Origin: Salmonella phage slyngel
Sequence record: MT074433.1
Direction: 5' to 3' (one strand)
DNA length: 50,913 bases
Positions 1-9,932 of this stretch are shown here, one piece after another (position 1 is the first letter of the stretch; every line of letters starts with the position of its first letter). The translations under genes were made by a program, and so were the position numbers. The notes under the pieces were generated by a model that saw nothing but the letters and a program-made list of their open reading frames with translations, made no database searches and was not told the origin of the DNA.

Positions 1-82
1 AAAATGGCAAGCGTTACATCCTGAACGGTAAGAAATAATGTTTAACCGCGCCGCTTCGGTGGCGCTAAAAGGAGGAAACAAA

Positions 83-370
83 ATGGCTAAAAGCAATCGT
101 AAAATGTTGATTAACGCATTCGAAAAGGCAGCGCTTGAGCGTGGTTGGAATGACTCATTTCACACTGCAAACTGTATCCGACGTTACGGATTCAAGAATT
201 GCCGCTCCTGGGCGCGTGAAATGGCTTCATGGTATGATCTTGATGCGCATTACCTTGATATGGATTGCGCCCTTGTTGAAATGATTGAGCAGGCCGCACT
301 AGAGGATCGACCATTAACGCAATCTGATTTTGACGATTTTGTGCGCGATGAAATTTATTATATGAGCTAA
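83..370 (+). CDS. hypothetical protein
   Basis: ORF with SD GGAGG upstream of ATG at 83; its stop abuts a conserved promoter motif. Confidence 0.7.
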   Translation: MAKSNRKMLINAFEKAALERGWNDSFHTANCIRRYGFKNCRSWAREMASWYDLDAHYLDMDCALVEMIEQAALEDRPLTQSDFDDFVRDEIYYMS

Positions 371-413
371 TAGCACTTTTTGTTAAAACTTCCGCGAGGG
401 CATTTGTTAAAGT
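369..413 (+). promoter_or_regulatory. conserved phage promoter-like motif (weak -10)
   Basis: aTAGCACTTTTTGTTAAAAC; 22 nt after TTGTTA lies TAAAGT (4/6 match to TATAAT). Confidence 0.5.
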
Positions 414-445
414 GTCCTCATTGAAGCGAAACAGAGGAAATCAAA

Positions 446-658
446 ATGAAAATTCGAATCACCAGGGTTGACATTGACCGCAACGACGGAAGCATTACCC
501 TTGAGCAATGCGGGTTTAAAGTTGGTGACATTGTAGATGTTGACGGATTCTTTCGCGATGGTTCTTACTGCGTGTTGGCAATCCGCAACACGGAAGAAAT
601 TCGAATCGGTGATAACATCGGCGTAAACCATGACGAATGCGAGGTAGTAGAAGAATGA
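446..658 (+). CDS. hypothetical protein
   Basis: ORF with SD AGAGG upstream. Confidence 0.7.
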   Translation: MKIRITRVDIDRNDGSITLEQCGFKVGDIVDVDGFFRDGSYCVLAIRNTEEIRIGDNIGVNHDECEVVEE

Positions 659-963
659 TCACGATTAACCTTTCAGAAGAACAAGCAAAGAAACTCCTGC
701 ACGCTGTAGGTTCTCGTGCACTTTGCGGATCAACTGATGAAATGATTATTGATCATGAGGTTGCAAGAGAGCTTTTTACTCAGCTTGATCAAAAATTCTC
801 ACCACGTCCGACTGACGCGGCAGAAACTGCAAAATGGCTTGCTGAGAATGGATACACGGCTTTAAAAGTTCACAACTGGAAACGAAAGCGCAAAAAGACT
901 ATTGATCGTGTATCTGGTGTTGTTTCTCGCTGCATTATGGTTGATGTGGAGAAATTAAAATGA
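655..963 (+). CDS. hypothetical protein
   Basis: ORF overlapping the preceding stop (ATGA coupling). Confidence 0.65.
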   Translation: MITINLSEEQAKKLLHAVGSRALCGSTDEMIIDHEVARELFTQLDQKFSPRPTDAAETAKWLAENGYTALKVHNWKRKRKKTIDRVSGVVSRCIMVDVEKLK

Positions 964-1271
964 TTTACATTCACACTTACGGGATCGGGAAGTTTGCCAA
1001 CAAGCAGATCCGAAATATTTACGACACGCTCGACGATGCTAAAGCACAGCAACGCGTTTTGGGTGGTGTAATTCAGGCTTTTGAGCCTGTGGAAGATATT
1101 GAGCACCGCGAGCATTTAAAAGATGTTGTCATTGATGAGATCTCTTGCTTGATTGATGATATGACAAATCACGGGCCTGGTTCTCCGTGGGAAGAAGCCG
1201 GATCGACGGAGTGGGATTGCGCTAAAGTTGCAACGCTTAACAACTTTCGTGAGTTGCTCGACGATTTTTAA
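960..1271 (+). CDS. hypothetical protein
   Basis: ORF coupled to the preceding gene. Confidence 0.6.
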   Translation: MIYIHTYGIGKFANKQIRNIYDTLDDAKAQQRVLGGVIQAFEPVEDIEHREHLKDVVIDEISCLIDDMTNHGPGSPWEEAGSTEWDCAKVATLNNFRELLDDF

Positions 1272-1341
1272 TTAAAATTGAATGCCTCATACAGCGAACA
1301 GGACGCATTTTGACGAGGCATTTTTAAGGCAAGGTGATTCA

Positions 1342-1470
1342 ATGGATAACTACATAAAACCGTCGCAATGGTGCGCGCAGAAGCAAGAGGAAGCATTAGA
1401 GCGCGGCGATACTGAAACAGCAATGCACTATTTCGAAATGTACAACTTGTGGAATGGCAGAGGTCTGTAA
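1342..1470 (+). CDS. small hypothetical protein
   Basis: ORF, internal ATG at 1342 favoured, coupled to the next gene. Confidence 0.45.
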   Translation: MDNYIKPSQWCAQKQEEALERGDTETAMHYFEMYNLWNGRGL

Positions 1471-1700
1471 TGTTTGGAATGAACGAGGCACAATTCAACG
1501 CTGCAAAACGCCAGGCTAAGAAGTGCGGCGAGGCAATGAAGGCGGATGTTGAAAAGCGCGGGAAGTATGTTGATGAAGTTATGAAGGGCATTATTGCCGA
1601 ACATTATCAGCCAGTTGCGCCAATGCTGACAATCACTCAATTCATCTGGTTGTGTGGTTATCTTCGTGGGAGATGGGGAAACGCATTTGACCGCGAATGA
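1470..1700 (+). CDS. hypothetical protein
   Basis: ORF, start overlaps preceding stop. Confidence 0.55.
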   Translation: MFGMNEAQFNAAKRQAKKCGEAMKADVEKRGKYVDEVMKGIIAEHYQPVAPMLTITQFIWLCGYLRGRWGNAFDRE

Positions 1701-1729
1701 TTGACAACGATTTCCTGATTGGATAGCAT
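1701..1729 (+). promoter_or_regulatory. sigma70-like promoter
   Basis: TTGACA-17 nt-TAGCAT. Confidence 0.45.
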
Positions 1730-1796
1730 ATCAATCGTTTACATAAGAGCGGCTAAGGCCGAACGGGTGGCGCGGTTGCCACGCAACAACGGCGAT

Positions 1797-2078
1797 ATGC
1801 AGGTTTTTACCGTAAGACGTATCGCCTTTTTTATAGGTGAATATATGGAAAAGTACAAATTAACTTTCATGTTTGATGGCATGGTGATGAATCCCATAAA
1901 TGGTTACGCTTGCAATAGCTTTTCTGTTACCGTGAATGAGGATGAGATTGATGATGATGGTAAATTTATTCGAATAGGTGATTACCTTTATCCTATTCAC
2001 AATATCAATTGCATCAAGCGCGAGATTGTTAAGGATGAAGTACAAAGTAAAGCTGACAATCAGACGAATGGGGCGTAA
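1797..2078 (+). CDS. hypothetical protein (start uncertain)
   Basis: ORF 1719..2078; ATG candidates at 1797 and 1845. Confidence 0.5.
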   Translation: MQVFTVRRIAFFIGEYMEKYKLTFMFDGMVMNPINGYACNSFSVTVNEDEIDDDGKFIRIGDYLYPIHNINCIKREIVKDEVQSKADNQTNGA

Positions 2079-2216
2079 TTGCTCTTCATGCAAACAAATT
2101 TTTGAATGTGAGGTTGAAGCGCGCGGAGAGCTTGAGGCAGCAGCAAGAGCAAAAGAGTTGTCCGGCGCTAATCAAGACACTCACCAGTTTTCAATAGATC
2201 TTGTAAGGAAAATATC

Positions 2217-2456
2217 ATGAGTTCTGTAATTATTGGTTTGGTTTCTTTAATCATTGGTGTTCTAATCGGCTTTGTTGCTGTATCTTTCGTGGTGGCTGTT
2301 GGCGTTCGCTATAAGTCAAAAAAGGGTGAATTTGCTTTAGCGTTTTGGGATGAAGAGCAGAAAGTTTGGCAGGTTCGCGGTCACTATTTATCAATCGGTG
2401 GCAGGATTCACAGCACTATGAAAACAAATCCAGAGAAAGTAAAATACAAGTATTGA
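2217..2456 (+). CDS. small membrane protein
   Basis: N-terminal hydrophobic segment VIIGLVSLIIGVLIGFVAVSFVVAV. Confidence 0.6.
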   Translation: MSSVIIGLVSLIIGVLIGFVAVSFVVAVGVRYKSKKGEFALAFWDEEQKVWQVRGHYLSIGGRIHSTMKTNPEKVKYKY

Positions 2457-2462
2457 CCAACT

Positions 2463-2486
2463 ACCCGCCAAATGGCGGGTTTTTTA
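2463..2486 (+). terminator. intrinsic terminator
   Basis: CCCGCC-AAAT-GGCGGG-TTTTTT. Confidence 0.85.
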
Positions 2487-2536
2487 TTGCCTGCAATTTG
2501 TCTATAATGATGCTTTGTTATAAAGGAGGGCGCATT

Positions 2537-3058
2537 ATGGCTAAAAACGTTGAGCCAGCAGTAAAGGCTTGCAATTTTAAAAAACTATATAATAAGCAAT
2601 ATGGCGATATAGCAAAAATGACAAAGGCGCACAAGTACACGCCGGAGCAGGTATTCGATCTTGCTGTTCGTTACTTTACGTGGGCTGAGGAAAACCATAT
2701 ACAGGCTGCGGAAACTGCATCCTTTCAGGGTGACGTATACGAAAGCAAGATTCACAAGCCGCGCGTGTTCACCTTAAATGGATTCCGCTTATTCGCTGGC
2801 CTTTCTGCTTCCGTTCTTGAAAAATGGCGACGCGAGCCAGGATTCAGCGATGTTATGGACTTTATCGACGGCGTTGTTTACGAGCAAAAATTCCAGCTTG
2901 CTGCAAACAATATTGTTAACGCCGGATTCATTGGTAAAGAGATCGGCATTGAAAAGCCAGCCACCGTTACCATTGAGAATAACACAAGCGCCAGCGTTGA
3001 CGCTGTAACGGCGGAGGAAGTCAAAGAGGCGGTAATTGACATTCTGGAGAAGATATAA
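2537..3058 (+). CDS. putative terminase small subunit
   Basis: HTH-like N-terminus, coupled immediately upstream of TerL, SD AAAGGAGGG. Confidence 0.65.
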   Translation: MAKNVEPAVKACNFKKLYNKQYGDIAKMTKAHKYTPEQVFDLAVRYFTWAEENHIQAAETASFQGDVYESKIHKPRVFTLNGFRLFAGLSASVLEKWRREPGFSDVMDFIDGVVYEQKFQLAANNIVNAGFIGKEIGIEKPATVTIENNTSASVDAVTAEEVKEAVIDILEKI

Positions 3059-4626
3059 TGCTGATTTGGGAAGACTTAACAGCGGCGCAAAAACGCGCCG
3101 TTAAGGAAATGAGCGAATATTCATTCGAAAAGATGATCCGCATTTGGTTTCAACTTCTCCAGGGGCAAAGGTTCTTAGGAAACTGGCATTTCAGTTACCT
3201 ATGCAGCGAAGTTGAAAAAATCATCAAAGGCGAGTCACAGAATGTAATTTTCAACATAACGCCAGGCAGTGGTAAAACAGAGATATTCTCGATCCACATG
3301 TCACCTTATGCGTCATTGAAAAGTAAGAAGGTGCGAAATCTTAATCTTTCGTTTAGTGATGGCCTTGTCCAGCAGAATAGCAACCGCATCAAAGAGATTA
3401 TTGGTTCTCCAGAATGGCAGGAGCTATGGCCTGGAAAGCTGGCAAAGGCGAGCGCAAAGGATTTGATTGTAACCGATGGCGGCAAGGTTAAATTGCAAGT
3501 TAACTCGCGTTCTATCGGTGGTCAGGTTACTGGTCTGCGTGGCGGCTACATGGATGATGGATTTACTGGTATGCTGGTTCTTGACGATCCAGACAAGCCG
3601 GATGATATGCTTTCTAAGGTGAAGCGCGAAGCCGGACACATGCGCCTAAAGAACACGGTGCGATCACGTCGAATGAAGGACACCACGCCAATCGTAATGG
3701 TCCAGCAACGGCTACACGTCAATGATTCAACATGGTTCATGACAAACGGCGGCATGGGCGGCATCCAGTTTAAGGTGGTCAGTATTCCGGCGCTCGTTAC
3801 TAAGGAATATCGCGAAACGCTTCCTGATTGGTTAAAGCCTGAGTTTGATCGCGATGTTTTGTCCAGTAAGCCAGTAATGATTGATGGTGTTGCTCATTAT
3901 TCATTCTGGCCTGCTAAGGAAAGCGCGGAGGAATTACTTGCACTTCGAAATGCTGATCCGTACACGTTTGCTAGTCAGTATCAGCAACAGCCTGTTGCGC
4001 TTGGCGGCAACGTGTTTAAAACAGAGTGGTTTCAGTATTACGGAAGCAGCGAGAAATGCACGCTACCAAAACCGGATCGCTTTGAATATACATTTATCAC
4101 GGTTGATACCGCGCAGAAAACAGGGGAGCTTAACGACTACTCCGTGATCTGTTATTGGGGGATGTATAAAGATCGCGTTTACTTCATTGATGGTGTTCGC
4201 GGAAAATGGGAAGCGCCAGACCTTGAGACTAATTTTGTTGCGTTCGTTAATCAGTGCTGGAAGCGCAATAAAGAATGCGGAACGTTGAGAAGGATTCATG
4301 TTGAAGATAAATCGTCTGGCACTGGCTTGATTCAGAGCGCAGCGAAAAAAATCATGATCAAGATCAATCCCGTTCAGCGCGATAAAGACAAGGTTACTCG
4401 TGCAATGGACGCAGCGCCAGTAATGCGCGCCGGACGCGTAGCACTTCCAGAATCCCACCCTATGCTGGCTGAGATACTGGCTGAAGTTGCGGCGTTTACA
4501 TTCGATGATTCGCATCCTCATGATGATATTGTTGATAACATCATTGATGCTGTTAACATTGAAATGAACATGGCAGATGATCCGGTAGGAAGAATGAAAA
4601 AATTGGCAGGTTTGCGGAACAAATAG
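3058..4626 (+). CDS. terminase large subunit
   Basis: Walker-like NITPGSGKTEIFS, Walker B-like MLVLDDPDKPDD, nuclease-like YTFITVDTAQKT; gene order. Confidence 0.9.
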   Translation: MLIWEDLTAAQKRAVKEMSEYSFEKMIRIWFQLLQGQRFLGNWHFSYLCSEVEKIIKGESQNVIFNITPGSGKTEIFSIHMSPYASLKSKKVRNLNLSFSDGLVQQNSNRIKEIIGSPEWQELWPGKLAKASAKDLIVTDGGKVKLQVNSRSIGGQVTGLRGGYMDDGFTGMLVLDDPDKPDDMLSKVKREAGHMRLKNTVRSRRMKDTTPIVMVQQRLHVNDSTWFMTNGGMGGIQFKVVSIPALVTKEYRETLPDWLKPEFDRDVLSSKPVMIDGVAHYSFWPAKESAEELLALRNADPYTFASQYQQQPVALGGNVFKTEWFQYYGSSEKCTLPKPDRFEYTFITVDTAQKTGELNDYSVICYWGMYKDRVYFIDGVRGKWEAPDLETNFVAFVNQCWKRNKECGTLRRIHVEDKSSGTGLIQSAAKKIMIKINPVQRDKDKVTRAMDAAPVMRAGRVALPESHPMLAEILAEVAAFTFDDSHPHDDIVDNIIDAVNIEMNMADDPVGRMKKLAGLRNK

Positions 4627-4653
4627 CACGAATCGACAAACCAATATATAATC

Positions 4654-4679
4654 AAAGGCTGGTAAATCCAGCCTTTTTT
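4654..4679 (+). terminator. intrinsic terminator
   Basis: AAAGGCTGG-TAAAT-CCAGCCTTTTTT. Confidence 0.8.
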
Positions 4680-4694
4680 ATTGGAGGAAAGATA

Positions 4695-5975
4695 ATGAGT
4701 AAATCACGAATCGTTAAGGCTGACGGCTATAACGAGATCTTTAAAGGCGAGAATTGCAAATCGCGAGTAGAGCAACCATTCTACATGCAATCAATGCCAT
4801 ACAAGACACTTGCTGACTTTTACGAAAAAGATGGCCTGGCAAAAAGGATTATTGACGTAGTACCAGAGGAAATGGTTTCCCCTGGCTTTACTGTTGACGG
4901 CGTGGCAGACGAGGCGGCATTCCGTTCTTTGTGGGATGAGAAGCGATTGAATGCAAAAATCATTGATGCGCTTTGCTGGTCGCGTTTGTTTGGCGGATCT
5001 GCAATCATTGCTCTTGTTCAGGATGGGCGAGCGCTCAAATCACCTGTAAAGCCTGGAGCTATTCTGGAAGATGTGCGCGTTTATGATCGTTATCAGATTC
5101 GCGTTGAAGCGCGCGAAACTAATCCCCGCAAGGTTCGCTATGGTGAGCCAGTGCTTTACACTGTAACGCCAGGCGGAGATTTGCCGGAATACCAGGTACA
5201 CTACACGCGAGTTTGCATTATCGATGGTGAGCGGATACCTAACGCAAAGCGACGCAGCAATGATGGCTGGGGGGAGTCAGTTCTTAACAAGCGACTTGTT
5301 GAGGCTATTGTTGATTATAACTATTGTGAAACATTGGCAACGCAATTATTGCGGCGAAAGCAACAGGCGGTATGGAAGGCTAAAGGACTCGCTGACTTGT
5401 GCGATGATGAGGAGGGAGTTAGCGCGGCACGCCTGAGACTTGCGCAGGTTGACGATGAGGGTGGAGTAGGCAAGGCCATTGGTATTGATGCTGAGGATGA
5501 GGAATATGATGTTCTTAACTCTGATATTAGCGGCGTTGATTCTTTTCTGGAAAAGAAAATGGATCGCATCGTTTCCCTTTCAGGTATTCATGAAATCATC
5601 CTGAAAAATAAAAACGTTGGCGGCGTTAGCGCAAGCCAAAACACGGCGCTTGAAACATTCTATAAACTGATTGAACGAAAACGCGTTGAGGATTACAAGC
5701 CCATCCTTGAATTTTTATTGCCGTTCATCATTAGTGAGCAGGAGTGGAGCATTGAGTTTTCACCTTTGAGCGTACCTAGCGATAAAGATCAGGCTGAAAT
5801 TCTGAATAAGAATATCGACTCAATCAGCAAGGCTATTGATGGTCAGTTCCTTGATGTTGAAGAAGCGCGAGACACGTTGCGAGCAATCGCCCCAAGCGTT
5901 AAACTAAAGGACACTAATAAAATCAAGCTGCCGGAGCCAGCGGAGCCGGAGCCAGGCACACAGGGGAATGAGTAA
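4695..5975 (+). CDS. portal protein (DUF1073-like)
   Basis: Length, VSPGFTVDG...SRLFGGSAIIALVQDG motif style, position after TerL. Confidence 0.85.
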   Translation: MSKSRIVKADGYNEIFKGENCKSRVEQPFYMQSMPYKTLADFYEKDGLAKRIIDVVPEEMVSPGFTVDGVADEAAFRSLWDEKRLNAKIIDALCWSRLFGGSAIIALVQDGRALKSPVKPGAILEDVRVYDRYQIRVEARETNPRKVRYGEPVLYTVTPGGDLPEYQVHYTRVCIIDGERIPNAKRRSNDGWGESVLNKRLVEAIVDYNYCETLATQLLRRKQQAVWKAKGLADLCDDEEGVSAARLRLAQVDDEGGVGKAIGIDAEDEEYDVLNSDISGVDSFLEKKMDRIVSLSGIHEIILKNKNVGGVSASQNTALETFYKLIERKRVEDYKPILEFLLPFIISEQEWSIEFSPLSVPSDKDQAEILNKNIDSISKAIDGQFLDVEEARDTLRAIAPSVKLKDTNKIKLPEPAEPEPGTQGNE

Positions 5976-6739
5976 TGAAAGTGAAGGGCGTCGTTAAACA
6001 ATGGCGCTTTCCTGAAGCAAGCGAGCGGCAATTTAGCCGCTCAATTCAGGAGGCAATTAGAGATCTTGTGGTTCTCATGCGCAAGCGAACAAAAGCGATG
6101 AAGTTTGACGCAACAGATAATGAGATCAACAGCTCAGAAGATGAAATTAACAGCCTGGCAACTGACCTTATAGCTGGCATTGTTTCCACTCTTCCTGCAA
6201 TAGCGTTGACCATTTATAAATTCAATGCGAAGCAGTTTATCAATGTTGCCAAGTCAACTGGCGGAAAGGATAACACGGCGGTAATTATTTTGATCGCTAT
6301 TGGCGCTAACGCTAACGAGGAGTGGTATCAGACGCTTTACGGTCAATGGCACGGCCTTACAGAATCATCGCTAAGGAAGCTATTCACAAATATTGTGTCT
6401 GACTGGTCAACAAACATTCGCAATGCAAACTTTCGCGGAAGCAATGATAAACAGGTTAATGATCTTGCAGAAAAGAGATTTGCTGTTTATAGCTCTTGGG
6501 GTAAAACTAGATCAGAAAACATTATCGGCGCGTGGAATAGTCGCCTGATGCGCCAGCGCCTTTATGATGCTAAGGTGACTCATTATTTCTGGCATGGGAT
6601 GTTAGATGATAGAGAGCGATTGCAGCATGTGTTATGGGAAGGTAAAAGAATAGCGCTTGATGCAATTCATGATTTCCCTGGTGAGCCGTGGGGTTGCCGT
6701 TGCTGGGCGATTCCAGATTGGAATAATAAAGGAGAGTAA
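5975..6739 (+). CDS. head morphogenesis protein (Mu F-like)
   Basis: C-terminal ...HFWHGMLDDRERLQHVLWEGKRIALDAIHDFPGEPWGCRCWAIP, typical of this family. Confidence 0.85.
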   Translation: MKVKGVVKQWRFPEASERQFSRSIQEAIRDLVVLMRKRTKAMKFDATDNEINSSEDEINSLATDLIAGIVSTLPAIALTIYKFNAKQFINVAKSTGGKDNTAVIILIAIGANANEEWYQTLYGQWHGLTESSLRKLFTNIVSDWSTNIRNANFRGSNDKQVNDLAEKRFAVYSSWGKTRSENIIGAWNSRLMRQRLYDAKVTHYFWHGMLDDRERLQHVLWEGKRIALDAIHDFPGEPWGCRCWAIPDWNNKGE

Positions 6740-6742
6740 TTA

Positions 6743-7855
6743 ATGAAGGCAAAACAAAGATTTGATAGCGTCCAGGTTAAGGCGCATTTTGATGATAATG
6801 GATTTTTAGTGGATCGCCCAATTGTGGCGCGAATTGGTTTGCAGGAGTACCGCACACCGTATGGAATCAGACGAGAGTTCCGACCAGCGTCAGAGGTATT
6901 TAAGGCTGATTCGCTTGCTACGTTCGCAGGCAAGCCGATCACTATCGGTCACGTCACAGTGACGCCAGATAATGCGGATCAGGTTGTTGTTGGTTCATGC
7001 GCTGGCGCTGGTGTTCCAAATGGGATTGGCGTTGAAGTTCCGTTAAGCATTTACTCAAAGCGAGCAATTGAGAGCGCAAAAAAGAAAGACACGGCGGAAA
7101 TTTCAGTTGGTTACACATCGGTTGATATTGACAAGCCAGGCTGGGGTAATAATAAAACCGGTGATTACTTGTTTGAGGAAGACCTAAAGGAAGACTGGAA
7201 GCCTGATTCTCCTGATTGGGTTAAATTTGACGCCATTCAGACAAATATACGTGTTAATCATATTGCACTTGTCTTTCGTGGTCGTGCTGGCATTGCCAAA
7301 TTAAATCTTGATAGTGAACAGGATTTTCCGTATAGTGACGAGGTTCTAAATGACAAAGGAGATGAGGAAATGACAGTAAAAATTAAACTTGATGGCGCGG
7401 TAGAATTTGATGTTCCAAAGGCCGTTGCTGATCATATTGAGGCGTTAAAGGCAGATGCAAAAGCTGCAACCGAAAAAGCTGATGGCCTTGAGGCCGAGCG
7501 CGACGCCCTGAAAACTAAAGTCGATGGTATTCCGGCGCAGATTGCAGAAGCTGTTAAGAAGGCAAAGACTGATGCAGAAGAACATGCCAAGCTGGTTGCA
7601 GATGCAACAGAAATTGGCATCAAGTGTGACGGCTTGGACGCTAAAGCGATCAAGGTTGCTTACGTCAAAGAAGTCACTGGCGCTGATATTTCAGAAAAAG
7701 CCGATGCATATATTGAAACAGCTTTTGACCTTGCGAAGCAGTCTGATAAAATGGCGGCGCAGCGTAAATCTGTTAAGGGCGATTCTTTCGAATCTGGCAA
7801 GAGTGAAAAAACCGACTCCCTTGATCCGAACGCCCGTTTGAAAAAACTTAAATAA
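6743..7855 (+). CDS. DUF2213-like prohead protease/scaffold fusion
   Basis: N-terminal YRTPYGIRREFRPASEVFKADSLATFAGKPITIGHV; C-terminal coiled, Lys/Ala/Glu-rich scaffold-like half. Confidence 0.8.
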   Translation: MKAKQRFDSVQVKAHFDDNGFLVDRPIVARIGLQEYRTPYGIRREFRPASEVFKADSLATFAGKPITIGHVTVTPDNADQVVVGSCAGAGVPNGIGVEVPLSIYSKRAIESAKKKDTAEISVGYTSVDIDKPGWGNNKTGDYLFEEDLKEDWKPDSPDWVKFDAIQTNIRVNHIALVFRGRAGIAKLNLDSEQDFPYSDEVLNDKGDEEMTVKIKLDGAVEFDVPKAVADHIEALKADAKAATEKADGLEAERDALKTKVDGIPAQIAEAVKKAKTDAEEHAKLVADATEIGIKCDGLDAKAIKVAYVKEVTGADISEKADAYIETAFDLAKQSDKMAAQRKSVKGDSFESGKSEKTDSLDPNARLKKLK

Positions 7856-7867
7856 GGAGAAATAAAC

Positions 7868-8380
7868 ATGGCTACAATTGGAGCAAGTTATTTTGCTGTA
7901 ATGTCTCGTGCGTTACCTGGTCAGGTTTCTGACACTTCAGCTTATAATATTGATGGCGCTTGTGTTCTTGAGAATGCGGCAGGCAATCAGAATCAGTCTG
8001 TTTTTGTTGGTGTGGCGGTCCAGCATGGCGGCGTTGATGCTATGGGAAATAAGCTAATTAAGCCGATGGCGGCAAGCGGCAAGGCTTACGGCGTTGCAAT
8101 TCGATCTCACTTTCAGACAACTTCGTCTGACGGTCGAATGATTTATGAATCTGGCGGCGGAATCAACGTAATGACTGAAGGGCGTGTTTGGATGTTGGCT
8201 AAAGACGCCTCCGCGCCAGCGTTCGGAACTACAATCAAACTGTCTGATGATGGTCAGGTTGATACAGGGTCTGGCACTATCGAAACAAACTGGATCGCAA
8301 CTGGTGACTTTACCGAGTTTCAAGGCTTGAAGTTGGTAGAGGTTCAGGTGCAAAAAGTTCCGGCAGTTTCAGCAGGTTAA
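7868..8380 (+). CDS. structural / decoration-like protein
   Basis: Position between scaffold and MCP; beta-rich GRVWMLAKD...TTIKLSDDGQ. Confidence 0.65.
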   Translation: MATIGASYFAVMSRALPGQVSDTSAYNIDGACVLENAAGNQNQSVFVGVAVQHGGVDAMGNKLIKPMAASGKAYGVAIRSHFQTTSSDGRMIYESGGGINVMTEGRVWMLAKDASAPAFGTTIKLSDDGQVDTGSGTIETNWIATGDFTEFQGLKLVEVQVQKVPAVSAG

Positions 8381-8387
8381 TAAATAT

Positions 8388-8410
8388 GGCGCTCACTGAG
8401 CGCCTTTTTT
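8388..8410 (+). terminator. intrinsic terminator
   Basis: GGCGCTC-ACT-GAGCGCC-TTTTTT. Confidence 0.85.
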
Positions 8411-8426
8411 ATATTTGGAGTTTCTC

Positions 8427-8861
8427 ATGAGTGATTATTCAGTCATTGTTGGCGTTGAGTCGCCAGGGTGCATGGTCGATTCTTCAATAATGGTGATTAA
8501 CGGATCTTTCGTGTGCGGAGATGAATTTATTGCGCCAGGTAAGATTGTGCGACTATCACATACAACAAACGGATACAAAATAGCCAGTGTTAATGGGGGT
8601 CTTGTTATTGGCGTGGCAGTAAGGCCGTCGGACTCGTGCATATATGAGGATGGTGATCCCGTTAATGTGGTTAGTAGAGGTAGTGTGTGGTGCTTAACTT
8701 CTGAGAGAGAAGCGCCAGAATATGGAGATAAAGTATTTGTAACGCAAGATGGAGATGCGGCATACAGTGAAGGCGACTTGCTGATTGGTTGGATCTTTAC
8801 TGGCGAACATGTAAAGGTTGATCATGATTCATATATTGTCGGGGTAAGCATTAACGCATAA
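8427..8861 (+). CDS. structural / decoration-like protein, paralogue of the upstream gene
   Basis: Shared pattern IGVAVRP..IYEDGDPVNVVSRGSVWCLTSEREAPEYGDKVFVTQDG...GWIFTGE. Confidence 0.65.
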   Translation: MSDYSVIVGVESPGCMVDSSIMVINGSFVCGDEFIAPGKIVRLSHTTNGYKIASVNGGLVIGVAVRPSDSCIYEDGDPVNVVSRGSVWCLTSEREAPEYGDKVFVTQDGDAAYSEGDLLIGWIFTGEHVKVDHDSYIVGVSINA

Positions 8862-8873
8862 CACAAAATTATG

Positions 8874-8901
8874 TTGCACGTTTAACAAAAAATGCTATCA
8901 T
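8874..8901 (+). promoter_or_regulatory. sigma70-like promoter for the capsid gene, overlapping a reversed conserved motif
   Basis: TTGCAC-16 nt-TATCAT with extended TGc; contains the reverse complement of GATAGCATTTTTTGTTAAA. Confidence 0.5.
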
Positions 8902-8944
8902 TGGGGCGTTACATACTAACAGCCTTTATATATGGAGGAAGAAA

Positions 8945-9919
8945 ATGGAAAAAGAAAAATTTGATCAGCTAGATGCGGATATTGTTTCTAGCTATCTGGC
9001 TACTCGCGGCGTTAAAGGTGATGCGTCCGATATGGGTATCTGGACGGCGCAAGAGCTTCACAAGATCCGCTCAACTGCTTACGAGAAAGAGTATCCGGCA
9101 GGTTCTGCGCTCCGTGTGTTCCCTGTAACTAATGAGCTTTCTGATACTGATAAAACTTTTGAATACCAGATGTTTGATAAGGTTGGTTACGCAAAAATTA
9201 TTGCTGATTACACCGACGACCTGCCGACCGTTGACGCTCTGATGTCTAGCGAATTCGGTAAAGTGTTCCGCTTGGGTAACGCGTTCTTGATCTCAATTGA
9301 CGAAATCAAGGCTGGTCAGCGCACTGGCAAGAGCCTTTCCACTCGCAAGGCAAACGCAGCGCAAAACGCTCATGATCAGGAAGTTAACCGTCTGGTGTTT
9401 AAGGGTTCAAAGCCGCATAAGATTCTTTCAGTATTTGAACACCCTAACCTGACAAAGATCGTGTCAACTGGCTGGTTAAGTGCTGATGAAAACACTAAGT
9501 TCCCGCAGGCAGCATCTGATGAACTGGAAAAGGCTATTGAAACCATTCAGACCATCACCAATGGTCAGCACCGCGCAACCAATATCCTGATTCCGCCGTC
9601 TATGCGCAAGGTTCTTTCCGTTCGAATGGAAAACACCACTGAAAGTTATCTGGAATACTTCCAGAAACAAAACAGCGGAATCACCATCGACTCAATCGCA
9701 GAGCTTGAGGATATTGATGGCACTGGAACGAAAGGTTGTCTGGTATATGAGAAAGACCCAATGAATATGTCTATCGAAATTCCAGAAGCATTTAACATGC
9801 TTCCGGCGCAACCAAAAGATCTGCATTTCAAAGTTCCGTGCACTTCAAAATGTACTGGCCTGACGATTTACCGTCCGTTTACGCTAGTGCTTATTACTGG
9901 CTTGAAAAAATCAGGTTAA
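8945..9919 (+). CDS. major capsid protein (DUF2184-like)
   Basis: Size, position, FRVFPVTNELSDTDKTFEYQMFDKVGYAKIIADYTDDLP. Confidence 0.85.
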   Translation: MEKEKFDQLDADIVSSYLATRGVKGDASDMGIWTAQELHKIRSTAYEKEYPAGSALRVFPVTNELSDTDKTFEYQMFDKVGYAKIIADYTDDLPTVDALMSSEFGKVFRLGNAFLISIDEIKAGQRTGKSLSTRKANAAQNAHDQEVNRLVFKGSKPHKILSVFEHPNLTKIVSTGWLSADENTKFPQAASDELEKAIETIQTITNGQHRATNILIPPSMRKVLSVRMENTTESYLEYFQKQNSGITIDSIAELEDIDGTGTKGCLVYEKDPMNMSIEIPEAFNMLPAQPKDLHFKVPCTSKCTGLTIYRPFTLVLITGLKKSG

Positions 9920-9932
9920 TCGTATAACATTG

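Noticed and set aside
4063-4644. 193-aa - strand ORF opposite the terminase gene
   Set aside because: Shadow ORF antisense to TerL.
4623-4653. AATAGCACGAATCGACAAACCAATATATAATC as another promoter copy
   Set aside because: TATAAT is only 8 nt after the TTGTTA-equivalent and is immediately followed by a strong terminator; treated as a degenerate relic.
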